A DNA stretch of 64,000 nt from positions 30,432,213 to 30,496,212 of the forward strand of contig OZ234493.1 of the NCBI GenBank assembly GCA_965153455.1, written 5' to 3'. This document shows positions 1 to 21,483 of the stretch, piece by piece; positions within the stretch are counted from its first letter, which is position 1, and every line of letters begins with the position of its first letter. The DNA is from Sphagnum compactum. Lineage: Eukaryota. Below the pieces are notes generated by a model. It made no database searches. It was not told the DNA's origin and worked only from the letters and a program-made list of their open reading frames with translations. A program made the position numbers and the translations under genes.

Positions 1-9
1 TATGTTTGA

Positions 10-760
10 AAATTAAAAAAAGCGATGGCAGCAAGCTGGCATCGCCTTTTTCCTTTGTGGTTGGTGTTGCGACAAAAAGAAGGTGACAACAGCTGTCGTT
101 GCCTTCTTCTGTGGCGAGTGTTGTAGAAAAGAAGAAGGCGACGGTAGCTATCGTCGCCTTCTTCTATGGTTAGTGTTGCAGAGAAAAAGAAGGTGACAAC
201 AACTGTTGTTGCCTTCTTCTATGGTGGGTGTTGTAGAGAAGAAGAAGGTGACGACAGCTATTGTCGCCTTCCTTTATGGTGGGTGTTGTAGAAAAGAAGA
301 AGGCAACGACAGCTACCGTTGCCTTCTTCTGTGGTGGGTGTTGCAGAGAAGAAGAAGGCAACAATAGTTGTCGTTGCCTTCTTCTGGGGTGGGTGTTGTA
401 GAGAAAAAGGTGATGGTAACTATCGTCGCCTTCTTCTGGGGGGGGTGTTGCAGAGAAGAAAAAGGCTACGGCAGTTGCTATTGCCTTATTTTGTGGCAAG
501 TGTTATAGAGAAGAAGAAGGCAACGACAGTAGCTGCTACCATCACCTTCTTCTTTGCCTTCTTTTATGGTGGTGTTGCAACAACAAAGGCGACGACAGCT
601 TGTTGCCATCGCCTTCTTATCTGTGTTTGAGAAAAAGAAGACGACGATAACTTTCGTCACCTTCTTTGATGGCTTTGTTGCAAAAAAAAGTGACGACAAC
701 TACCGTAGCCTTTTTCGGTGGTTTTGTTATGAAAAAGGTGACGATAGCAATGTTGGTTCC
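10..760. repeat. Degenerate tandem array of about 60-bp units, each containing a 30-36-bp palindrome
   Basis: Example at 130-165: AGAAGAAGGCGACGGTAGCTATCGTCGCCTTCTTCT. About 12 units are joined by similar GTGGTGGGTGTTGCAG linkers. Confidence 0.85.
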
Positions 761-762
761 TT

Positions 763-1583
763 TGTCGCAACCCTACTTCGAGAGAGTGTGAGGATGGGAC
801 TCACACTCCCAAAATGGGGACTTGGGAGTCCTCCGAGACTCCCAAAAATTTAGAGTTCGATTGCAGGGGTCAAAACACCTTGCATTCAGGATTTTTTTAT
901 ATTATTGAAAAACTATTGAAGTGTAGATGTCGAAAATGGGCTTGCATGAGCCATTTGGATATCTTCAGCATAAATTATGGCCAAAAGAAGGGCCGAGAGT
1001 TAAATTTACAGTTTGACTCCCGACCATTAAAAGTCAGGAATCGACTCGACCTCGGTGTGTGCAGGTGAAGTGCAACACACTGTTGAAAAGCTCTCGACGA
1101 GAGCTACAACTTTGCTTTAGACCTCGTCTCAATCAGAGGTCCGAGCAAAGAGTTATAGCTTTGCAAAGTTGTGAAAGTCCAAACTGGGATAGTTTTGGGA
1201 CTCCTCCTTGGGAGTCTCGGGACAAAAAACCATTTGGATGTAGGCTCTGCGGAAAGACGCAGAGAATACTATATGGGGGAAGATGGTGGCTTCCCCTGAA
1301 TTCGGGCCGTGGTGAGTCTTGTGAGTCTAGAGTTGCCTGTGGCTTGTCCTAGCACTAAAGGTGATCCAAAAAGTGATATAACCAACTTGTTGGTTGGTTT
1401 GATGCAGATTCGAGTGAGTAACTAAAGCTTGTCACTCTTCCTAGTCCCATCTTGAAGCCTCAGCACGCCCCTCTACCCCTTTTAGTGCTGAGAGCTGGGA
1501 GCGTGCCCCGAGTTCCTCACAATTTCCCTGTTTAAGTAATTTAAACCCATCTTGGGTCTAACTAGGAACTTGGGAGCGCGTCA
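763..1583 (+). mobile_element. Solo-LTR-like element, copy 1 (821 bp, TG...CA, no TSD)
   Basis: Starts TGTCGCAACCCTACTT and ends GGGAGCGCGTCA. It is similar at both ends and internally to the inverted copy at 54556-55376. Strand is arbitrary (relative orientation only). Confidence 0.75.
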
Positions 1584-2322
1584 CTAGTTCATTAAAATTG
1601 AGAATTAACAATGAAATGGTGGTTTTCTTGAATGTTGAAAGTTATAATGGCTAGAGGAAGCAGACTAAAGAAAGGTGGTGATTTGGAAGCTTAGAAATAA
1701 AATGTTGTTTCATCAGAACTAACAATTGGGAAACAAAACATTGATCCATTACAATTAGGACTTGGGGAACAAAATGTTGTTCGATTAAAATCGAGACCTG
1801 GGGAATAAAATGTTGTTCCGTCAGAACTGAGAATTGATGAATTAAACAATTTATGTGGCTTAGAGTTAACAATGGTGATAGTTTACAATTCAAATGATGA
1901 GATCACTCCCAATACAGATTGGGAGTTTCGATCAAGAAATGGTGGGTTAGATTGTTTTTAAATTTACATACATTAGATTAAATGCAGATAAAGAAATTGT
2001 ACAAGTTTTTTTAAGTTTAATTATATCCGCAGCTTCCATCATTTGATGGAAGAAATGATGGAAGCTTCGGGATTTTTTTTATCAATATCTTTTAATTGCA
2101 ATAATTGAAAATAATTAGAGTTTGCAGTACTGACATTTGATTGTGTGATTTTACGTTTTGCAATACCTGAATTCTATTTTTTGAACTTTTTATGTGTAAG
2201 GTTTTAGGGTTAGGATTTTTTTATTACAAAGTACTAACTTTCTTTAAAAAAAATTTGGTTTAGGTTCGGAACTTGAAACCAACTAGGCCTCTCAACCACC
2301 GACACCCCCTTGTGCACCTAAT

Positions 2323-2927
2323 ATGGCTTGGAAGAACAAAGAATGGATGAAGGTTGGGTCGAAATGGAAGTGTAAAATTGGCACTTGCATTGTCGCATAT
2401 TGTGTCAAATGGTTGTTGACTAAGCATTTGAAGGAGGTGCATGGCTTGGTGGTAGAAAAGGCCAAAATTTGGGAAGCCTTCAACTTCTGAAAGAGACCTT
2501 CAACATCAAGACCATCTTAAAATGAACGTTCGTATTTTGGGAAATGCCATGGCTATGTAAAGGCGAAATGATCAAAAGGTTGCTAGTTGCGCTCGTGCCA
2601 AAGCCTAACGCGAGTGAGATAAGTTGGTAATTGTTGCAGAACAACGTCCACCATTACCAAAACCAACTTTGGTCAAATTAACTTCAAAGCAATTGTTACA
2701 GGTGCTGGGTTTTAATGTTTGGGGCATGGGAAACATGCCTTGAGATGCAACATCATGGATGGAAAAGGATGAAGATTTACAAAAGATGATTCGATCCACC
2801 CGTTCTGCATATGCACGACCATTGAAAATGGCACGAGATGTTAAAAATTGGGATCGAGAGTGCACTAAAACAAGTCGGACACAAGAGTTGACAGATGTAT
2901 TGGATTTCCATGAATCTCCATGGAAGG
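2323..2927 (+). pseudogene. Decayed gene with an N-terminal C2H2 zinc finger (probably TE-borne)
   Basis: From ATG 2323 it reads MAWKNKEWMKVGSKWKCKIGTCIVAYCVKWLLTKHLKEVHG, i.e. C-x4-C-x12-H-x4-H. After a frameshift the frame continues from 2501 to 2927 with four in-frame stops, ending at an AAG|GTAAT donor. Confidence 0.6.
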
Positions 2928-3629
2928 TAATAAACAATAATAATCAATGTTTATTATTTTTTATAATTTTGTTTCATCCAAAGTGTGTTAAGGTTTAACT
3001 TGGTAGTTTTTGGGTGTTTATAGGGTTGAGGGCACAACAAAGGAAAAATTTGTTGTAAATGTAATTTAGGTTGAAATGCAACGCCGCCATCTGTACATTG
3101 TTCGTCATGCAGCAAGGGTTGCAAATGTGATTCATGTTGAGATGCAAGTCACCATCAGTACACTATTCATCATGTAGCAAGGGCTACCAATGCAGCTGTT
3201 GCTTACCGAGCTAAACACGAGATTGTAGATAATGATATGGTTTAGGGTTTCCACTTTATATAGTTAGTTAGGTTTTTTCAACCCTTTCCTTTTTTGGACT
3301 ACCCAATTTTTGAAGTTTGGTCCTTTAATATATTATAAAGAATTTTTTTTTTCATTGGGTTCTTTAACAAATTTGGATCCACCCATTTTTGTACATCTTT
3401 TATCAAAATAATATTTTCTTCTAGTCACACTTGTTTGATGGGTATATGGTTAATCATACATGTTTTTTTTTTCATAATCTTCTTAATACTTTAGATGTAA
3501 GAATCAAAACTTAAATAGGCCCATATGAATAAGCAACATTAATTTGTCTAAGGTTTACAAATATCAAATGAACATTGTACGATACTTACATCCTTTTTAT
3601 TATAATTTCCATAAGGCCATTTCAAATAT

Positions 3630-4050
3630 GCAATACCCACATATAGGTCTTGTAAATAGTTATTGGTTTTTTCATCCATTGCAATACCCGCATATAGGTT
3701 TTGTAAATAGTTGCTGGTTTTTGCATCCATTACAATACCCGCATATAGGTTTCGTAAATAGTTGCTGGTTTTGCATTCATTACAATACTCGCATATAGGT
3801 GTCGTAAATAATTGCTGGTTTTTGCATCCATTGCAATACCTGCATATAGGTCTCGTAAATAATTTTTTTTTACATGCATTGCAATACCCGCATATAGGTC
3901 TCGTAAATAGTTTTTTTTTACATGCATTGTAATACCCGCATATAGGTCTAGTAGTTGATTTTTTTAACATCCATTATGGTACCCACATATAGGTCCATAA
4001 ATAATTGTTGATTTTTAACATATTTTGCAATACTTGCATATAGGTTCCCA
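3630..4050. repeat. Tandem array of about 50-bp units (GCAATACCCGCATATAGGT core), about 8-9 copies
   Basis: The core recurs about every 50 bp from 3630 to 4045. Inverted relatives (CATGTGGGTATTGCATTTAGGG) occur at about 4420-4695. Confidence 0.9.
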
Positions 4051-6089
4051 TTGTAATATTTATGGGATTCATATGACATAATAATCTAATCTAAGTATCA
4101 ACAAATAATGTCATAATTAAGGAATTAGTAAAAAATAATTTCAAATAATGTAAATGATTGTTATCATATGTAAACAATCATTTATTTCTTCATGTTAATT
4201 AACCGATTATTTGGTTGAACCTTAATTATTCAGATAATTAAAATTTAGATCTAAAAATCAAATCAATAATTTGATATTTAATTTATTATCTTAATTAGAT
4301 TTTTTTTAATGTTAATAAGTTATTCAAATCATTATTTTAGATAATTATCCATGATAATTAATTGTCATAAAATTAACTTAGGTATATAAAGAGACATATT
4401 TTGGGTTCCCAAACCACTTATTTTGAAATGACCTTACATGTGGGTATTGCATTTAGGGTTGATATTCACCTAAGGTTGTCTAAATCACCTATGGATTATT
4501 TCAAAATGAACTTGCATGCAAATATTGCATATAGGCTTTAGTTTCATTGAAAGGCCACCCAAACTACATACTAGATATTTTGAAATGACCTTACATGGGT
4601 ATTGCATTTAGGGTTGGGTCTGCACTTCAGGTTACCTAAATCACCTATGGGTTATATCGAAATGAACTTGAATATGAGTATTGCATTTAGGGCTAAGTAT
4701 TCATATAATTTTGCAATATCCGCACATATACTTATTTTCACGAACTAGAAATTTGGCCTTAATTTTTTGAATAATTAAATAAAATTTGTAACAAAACATA
4801 AAAAAAAAAATGTCTATTACCATTTGGTAATATTTCCAAGTTCAAGTTCTTTCATTTTCTTTTAAAAAATATAAAATGACACTTGCATTGTTTAACATAT
4901 GTTTAACCCTTAAAAATTCCGCCCAAAATGCACTTTAGATTTATTTTAATTATTATATGTCCCAAATTCTAAACCTAAACCATAATTTTAACGTTAAATA
5001 GTAAATTTTATATTAAACCCTAACCCATTGTATCATTAATGTGACCAATTTTGCATTATGTTCAATTTTATATATGTTAAATCATGTTATAAAATGAATA
5101 AATAATTTTGAAAACATGAATTTCATGATGTATTGGTAGGGAATCAAATATTTAAAAAATATTTTTATGTTTCACGGTTAATGAATTATCACAATATGAT
5201 CCATGTATTGCATTTAAACACAAGTGGGTTAGGAAATATTGAACTTTAACAACTATGGAACATATGGAAACAAAAGAAATTCATAATTATGTTATAAATC
5301 TAAACAAGTGATAAGATCAAAAACTAATACAATGAGTAAAATCTAAAGTATAAACCTTAAGCCTTGATATATATGAATCAAAGTCCTAAACATTAAATTA
5401 TAAGGCATAACTCTAAAAATCTAAATGATATTTTGCCATAAGCCCTATTACAACCCTAACTATACAAACCCTTACAAAAAAAAGTCTTAATGATATATGC
5501 CCTAAACCCAAAAAACTATACAAAGTATACAAATTATGTAATGCAAAAAAAAAAAAAAGGAAAAAATTTAAAAACGAAAATTTAAAGCTTTTAAACTACA
5601 AAGATTTTCTGATAAAGAAAAACCTTAATCTTAAAAAATAATCAAATAAATTTTGTAAAAAATTGAAAGAAAATATATGTTTTTTACCTTTGTGTGATCT
5701 CTCCAAACTAATTTTTTCCACTCTTTTTAAAAAATATATAAAATGAAATTGTATTACTTCACATATATCTAAACTTTAAAATTTCCCCCCCAAATTTAGC
5801 TTAGTTTAGGTTAATTACTATAGATTTGGAAAAACTTGGTAACTAATTTATGTGTCCCAACCTTAAACTTAAACCATAATCCAATAGTACATACTTATAA
5901 TAATTACATGGAAAGATGTATTGTAATGTCCATTCCATAAATAAATTAAATAAACTCAATTTAGTAAAATATGCATTAACTGAACTAAAATTGCTACAAT
6001 TATGACATTGTTTCCACTATAAATTGTTTGTAATAACTACATAATCCATTAACCTATTTTCATAATCCATTGAACTAGGACGAACCTTA

Positions 6090-6610
6090 ATAAATTGATA
6101 GGTAGGATTAGGGGGCTAGGGGGGGTGGGAAAAGTGAGCAGGTAATTAGTTAGGTATTTGGCTATGTAAAAAACGTAGGTAGGTAGGTGAACATAGTGGT
6201 AGGTAGGAAGGTGGGTGCATAGGTAGGTAGTTGGGTTAGTAAGCAAGTTAGTAAGTAGAAAGGAAGTTTAAGGGGCAAGGTAGATAGGTTATTAGAGTAG
6301 GTAGGCATGTAGGTAGGTAAGTTAGTAGATAGGAAAAAAGTTACATTAACAAGGTAACTAGGTAGATAAGCAAGTTAGTACGTAGGAAATAAGTTACCTT
6401 ATCAAGGTGACTAGGTTTGTAAAGTACTTATGTCAATAGGGTGGCTTTGTATATAGGGTTGGTAAATAATAATATAATTAGGTTAGTACGGTAGGTAGTT
6501 AGTACAATGGTTAGGACAATAGGGTAGGTAGTTAGTATAGTAGTTAGGTCAATAGGATAATTAATTATTAAGGTAGCTATGTCAGGGATAATTAGTAAGG
6601 TAGCTATGTG
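6090..6610. repeat. TAGG/TAGT-rich low-complexity tract
   Basis: Dense GTAG, GTTAG and TAGG words; similar tracts at 41250-41360 and 63490-63640. Confidence 0.7.
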
Positions 6611-7599
6611 TGAAGTCAAGTCACAGGGAAAAAACAACCAAGAACAAACAAATAAAAAAAAAGTATAAAGCTTAGCAACGAAAAGAAATGGACTGTGATG
6701 AACCCCATTGAACACCGAATGAAAAAATGTAGCCCATCCAGTGGACAAAACGGCCAATTGGTGCATTGGTGGTTCCTAGTTCACTTTGGCCCTAATTAAA
6801 TGACATACATTTCCACCCATTGAATTTTTTTCAAAATATTCCATAAAAATCACTGTTTAATATACATTGATAACTTTTTTCAAAAATATTTGATACAAAT
6901 GAAAGAAGATATAATGGATGAAGTCCTTCATCATTATTTGCATGGATGAATTCTATCAATAAACCCACCTTACAACAAAATAGTTTGCTCGGAAAATGAA
7001 ATAATCCACCCTTTGCAAAGTGTAGATTTTGCTTTAAAACATGTCCATCTAGTCTAAGGTAGGTTTTAGGAGTGAGAAGGTCTTACACCTTAAAATCTTA
7101 AACTAATTAAAATATTAAGTTGTAGGATCCCTCCCTAAAAATGCACAAATAACTGTGTCTCTAAATAGCTATTACACATTGAACTTGCACTTCACTCAAG
7201 GTATAATATATATATAAGAATTTCATTCGGAAATTTTTGATTTTTCTGATGCAAATTCAACTAAATTTTCCTATAAAAATATTGTCAAAATTTAAGATAT
7301 CACAAGACTTAAGCCCCCCAAAAAAATTTAAAATCCTAATTAATTTATAGTTTTTTACTTAACAACCAATATATTGCACCATATATTTTTATTCACATAT
7401 TTTTTATTTTTAAATTTTGACTGGTGTTCCCCAGATGAAGAATAGAAAGGGGGATGAATGAACGAGGAACTGAGATGAAATCATGAAAACGGTGTCAATA
7501 AGTATCAAAAGTTATCATTAGAGGAATACCCATTAGTTTGTCCCCAGTTTGATCCCTTGTTTTACTGTTTCGTCCCCTATTGTGTTTGGTTCCGTCCAA

Positions 7600-7890
7600 T
7601 TAGGAGGAAGTCCTTAGCGCCACGAGAGAACGAGACGACGGCGATGTCGCTATGGAGTTCCTCTCCTTCTCTCTCTGTGCCCCGCCCGCAATCGCAAAGA
7701 AGAAACGGAATCGCAAGTTCGGGGAGCCTTTGAGAAGCTCGAGCAAGAAGAACAACAGCTCTGATAGTGACGGTGCTGGAGTTTTCATTAAGAGTTGACA
7801 AAGAAGAAGAAGAAGAAGAAGAAGAAGAAACCTAGTGGGGAGGAGCAGGAGGAGAACGAGGACTGGATTTGAGGTTTAGGGTTTGATGCT
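7600..7890 (+). promoter_or_regulatory. Probable TSS / 5' UTR leader region of RRC1 with (GAA)n tract and telo-box
   Basis: Abrupt GC rise after AT-rich DNA, CT-rich patch near 7655-7680, (GAA)n at about 7801-7829 and TTTAGGGTTT at about 7875. Boundaries are approximate. Confidence 0.5.
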
Positions 7891-8896
7891 CATTCGAGCG
7901 CGCGGGGGTTGCAAGATTTGTTTTGTGATTGGTTGGTTTGTTCGAAATGGAGAGGCGTGTTGTTGTGTGCCGTGGCTGCTCTTGCCGGTTATGATCGTCG
8001 ATCACTTTTGAAGCACGACCGGGGGAGGGAGGCGGGGGAAGGGGGAAGGCAGAGGGTTTGGACTTTGACCATGACTCTCCGGGGCGGCGATGCCGTATCG
8101 GAACCGGATAACGTACAGTTTCTTCTTCCCTGTTACTATCGCTCTCTGTCTTTCGGGACTTTGTTCTACTAAATCTTTGCTCCGAGGACAAGTACACATG
8201 TCCAGGAGTTTGTTGTTGTTTAGTCGGTGGGGTGTTTGAGTACTAGAGAAATTGGTAACCTTTCTTCCTTAGGAGGAACTGTAACTGAGAAAGATCCTCC
8301 ACAACACCCATTTCTCATGATCAGTACCATGGCCTCTCTCCAATCAATTGTCTCTGAGGTTTTTTGTCTTAGGGTTTTCTGGCACTTAAAGCATTTCTCA
8401 GTGGCATTGAGTATGTTTCCAGGTGCAAAACCGGGTTCTGCTATGTAGTTATCCATGATATTAATTCTAGGTGCCCAGTGACTCTGAAGCAGCTAAAGTA
8501 TTATTGCGCAGTACATGTGTTGACTTCTAGGTGAATTGCTTGCAATGTCAGACAGTGTGTACTGTTCAAATTCAAATGGTTCTGTTTTGTGTGTTTTGGA
8601 GTTTGTGGAACTTTTTATGATCCATTAAGATAGGGTAGAATCTGAGTGTTCCCTGAGCCAAGGAATGGCAACATATCACAGAAGTGCATTTCACTGAACA
8701 AACTGGTGCACAAACAAGCTTGTTGTTGTTGTTAGGTGGATTCTTTATGACATTGCATATTGCACTTCTTTTCTCAAGTCTGTGCTGTTTGTTTGAGAGA
8801 AGCAGTTGTACAAAGTGTGTTTGGGTGCTGCTTTGTGTAACCAGTTTTAAGGTACATTTTGCTGGCTCATGTCTGCAGTCTGGTACAACAGAGAAG

Positions 8897-18279
<9,383 letters not shown>

Positions 18280-19679
18280 CTTTTCTTGAAGCAAAGATTC
18301 ATGACCTCTATGTTTTTATTTGAGCTCACAGAGATTTTAGTATTCAACAAGGATTGGTTGCTTGTTAGAGGAGTTTGTATATACAAATTCAAAAGTGTCT
18401 TGTTCATGGGGTTGCCTTACGCATTTCCCTGCTCACTTGCTTGGGTATCCATTGTCAGGAACTGATGAAGTCAGTAGGGATGTTATGGTAGGTGGTCAAT
18501 ATGGCAATACCATGCATGTTTCTGTTGAAGGTCACCCCAACATGCAGATGGGGCACACAGTTGTGGAAGCAACTTATTGCCAAGAGGGGGACACTTAGAG
18601 GTGGCATCATATATATATTAAGAAGATAGGTGGTCTTTTTTGTTTTGTTTTGTGGCCACACTTTAACCCTTCTAAACTATATTCTTATGTTGAAGTGCAT
18701 TGATATACCTGATAAGTCTGCTGACTGAATATAAACTCATGTAATAAATTTTCTGAACAACAAGTTCAGGATTTACTTGGTTTTTAAAAAGAGGGCTTGA
18801 ACTACAAATACCTCAATTGTTTGTCAATAACAGACTCCAAAGCAACCAAAGACAAAATAAAAAATTACCGAGAAGCTCCCAATGAATCAAAGAAGAGTTC
18901 ATGTTCATGAAATCATCCCATGTACATTTGAGTGATAAACTAGAAGAGTTTAATATTTAGATGTAGAAGTGTGGCACAGAGGCCCACAGAGAGTTTAGTA
19001 CCATTGCATTGTTATAATTAAGATTGAACAAAGCAACAATATATATCCATGGCAACATCCAAAGACATGACAGTTCCCTTTTGGTGTCAACACCTCCTTT
19101 ATGAAGCACAGTTTGTCAAATGCTTCTGCTGTACTCACAGTATAGATAGTCGGGCATATAATTTCATACATGTCCATGGATGGGTACCCATTAGATTCCC
19201 TTACATTGCTAAGAGCATGAGCTTGGGTATAAGCTTTTCTGTGGAAATTGGTTAGGTCCCACATAAACATTGTTGCCTATTGTGGTGATGAGATTTGATC
19301 ATATGCCATCACAAGATTTCAGCAACCACTTTGAAGCATACCAAGGCTCAAAAACTTGGACCTCATGGAAAACCTAAAGTTCATTGATCACTGGAGTTCC
19401 CTAAGCCCCCCAAAAAAAAATGCTATATGCAAATACATGAAGTTTTTTGTTAACAATTCATATATCATAATGATTGAAAAAGGTCATGAATTGCTCATTA
19501 AAACTTGGTGAAAAGTGTGTGTTGGTCCTTGACGGGGATCTCCAAATAAACAGCAGACCTCAATATCACATTCAGTGAAAAAAATTTGGGAGTTAAACAA
19601 TATCCATGGTAGCACAGACAGAGTCTCTGCCTGTGGTGTTGAGTCAACAACAGATCTAAACATCATCATCTGAGAGTCA

Positions 19680-20944
19680 CTACACAAATGTATTGGGGCG
19701 AGTAGCCTTGTATGTTGTCTTCAACTTCCTGCTAGGAGGCCAGATCTTGCGGTATGTCAAAGGGAACTTGATCTTTGAGTCATGGAACTGCTTAGTGTTC
19801 TCACGCTTGCACAATGAGACAGGTATGGTGGCTGTTTTGATGATCTGAATGCAGGTGAAACGCACACGGTGACGAGATGCCATCTCATCATACATTTGCT
19901 CAACTGCTCCATTCAGGGTTGTGTCACGGTACTCCTTGTACATGTTATGATACCCTGTCCTGCTCTGAAACCTCACCCAGATACCAAAGTTCTTGGATGT
20001 TGTTGGGTACTTCTCAAAAATCTGCAATCCAGAAAAAAAAAAACCCTTACTTGCAATTCTGCAGAACAGCACCTCGAAAAAAATGCTACATGGGTAACTC
20101 TAGAAAAGTATTGTCCTCATTCTCCCAGCCTTTGTGCATGGAATAGGGTCAAGCTTATTTTTCCACCAGGAGGAGAGACGTGCTAGAGATAGCAATGGTT
20201 AACCAACACTGAATGTCCTCAATTTACAAAAAAATGCACATAACTGTTGACAAACAGTGAAAAAAAATCCTTCTCACCTCATTCACAGCAAGTAATTGCC
20301 CATGTGATTTTTTCACTTTCTGCAACTTCCTGAGAAAATACCTGGCACAACAGACATCTACTACATGATAGAGAATGGCAAGGGAGCAATGATCCTAAGT
20401 TGGAAATATGGCAATAGAGGAAACCCCATTAAAACTCTATTCTGACCTCAAAGGAAAAGACTACAACTCAGATACCCAGACATTGAAGCATACTCTTGTG
20501 ACATATCTCATATGCACAAGTTTGCCTGCATGCCCAAGTTCCCTCAACCAAAAAGGCAGGAACTTCACACAATAATCGTGAGTCCAGTCATTGCCTCCAA
20601 TATGCCATCTTAGCCTAGTGTATATTGAGGTATTGACATGCCAAAACCCTAGCTGTCCCACACATTGAGAAAGAAGAATGTTACCAAAACTTAGACTTGG
20701 CGCATTCTTGATTGGTATCCCAAAGCTTCATGCGATAGATCTTGGGCTGCTCATTTGTGGACGATGGCAGCGCCCGTCCCACCACCTGGTATTGATGAAG
20801 CTGCTCCCATGCCGCACCAAATCACACAAACCAAAAGTCCGAAAACAGCTCCAGGTATCCGGCATCACAAGATAGAAAAGCTAGATTGAAAAAAAAGGAT
20901 AAACAAGAGGAGCAAGAGGAAGGATTACATACCCGAAAACTCAT
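19680..20944 (-). CDS. RPL18A: 60S ribosomal protein L18a (eL20), 177 aa
   Basis: Exons (-): 20944-20933, 20800-20685, 20341-20278, 20021-19680, all GT-AG and in phase. Protein reads [16 protein letters not shown]...KIYRMKLW...AKSKFWYFLRKL...[35 protein letters not shown]...KIKFPL. Confidence 0.96.
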
Positions 20945-21049
20945 CGCATAGATCGGAGCAAAAACTCCAGGAAGCTCGACACACGACCGGACACGAAGAG
21001 CTCTGTCCGGCAATCTCTCATGTCTCTCTCCTCGTCTCAGCGTCCACAG

Positions 21050-21410
21050 TCCACACGGTGGCCAGTACAAGCCGTGGATTCTCTCTCTTAAGCTAAATCT
21101 GACGGGCGTAAGTCACCTATCTGAGGATTCCTCTCATCAACGGCTCAGATGAGAATATTCTGAGCCGCGGGATGAACCACCCGTGCCATCCGACGGCTGA
21201 CAGGCCGGTTGGTGGAGTCGCCTGGTACCTACCGCAGCTTCGTTTCGTTCGAGGCACGGGAGTGACGATCGTATAGGGCTCGGATTTCTGTGTGTCCTGA
21301 TTGTCGTTCGCACACGCGAGTGAGGATCGTTTAGGGTTAGGGTTTCTCTGTCCCCGGAGTGTCGTCAGCGAACGCGAGTGCCCATCGATTAGGGCTAGGG
21401 TTTCTGGTTG
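21050..21410. promoter_or_regulatory. Bidirectional promoter / leader region between RPL18A and EBP2, with repeated ACGG-core motifs and telo-boxes
   Basis: The start codons are only about 540 bp apart, head-to-head, and the region is GC-rich. Motifs: GCCGTGGAT (21071), ATCTGACGG (21097), ATCAACGGCT (21136), ATCCGACGGCT (21188). Telo-box-like TTAGGGTTAGGGTTT at about 21331 and TAGGGTTT at about 21396. Confidence 0.65.
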
Positions 21411-21483
21411 CGGTTTTTCCCTATTGGTTTCCGTTGCAGTTGTTGTAGGCCGGTTTTGTTGTTGTTGTTGTCGTCCTTGCTTG

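Noticed and set aside
10-760. CRISPR-like appearance of palindromic repeats
   Set aside because: The linkers are similar to each other rather than unique spacers, the repeats are degenerate, there are no cas genes, and the context is eukaryotic.
21301-21483. N-terminal extension of EBP2 in the ORF track
   Set aside because: It starts at TTG and contains telo-boxes and (TGT)n typical of a leader. The first ATG is at 21484.
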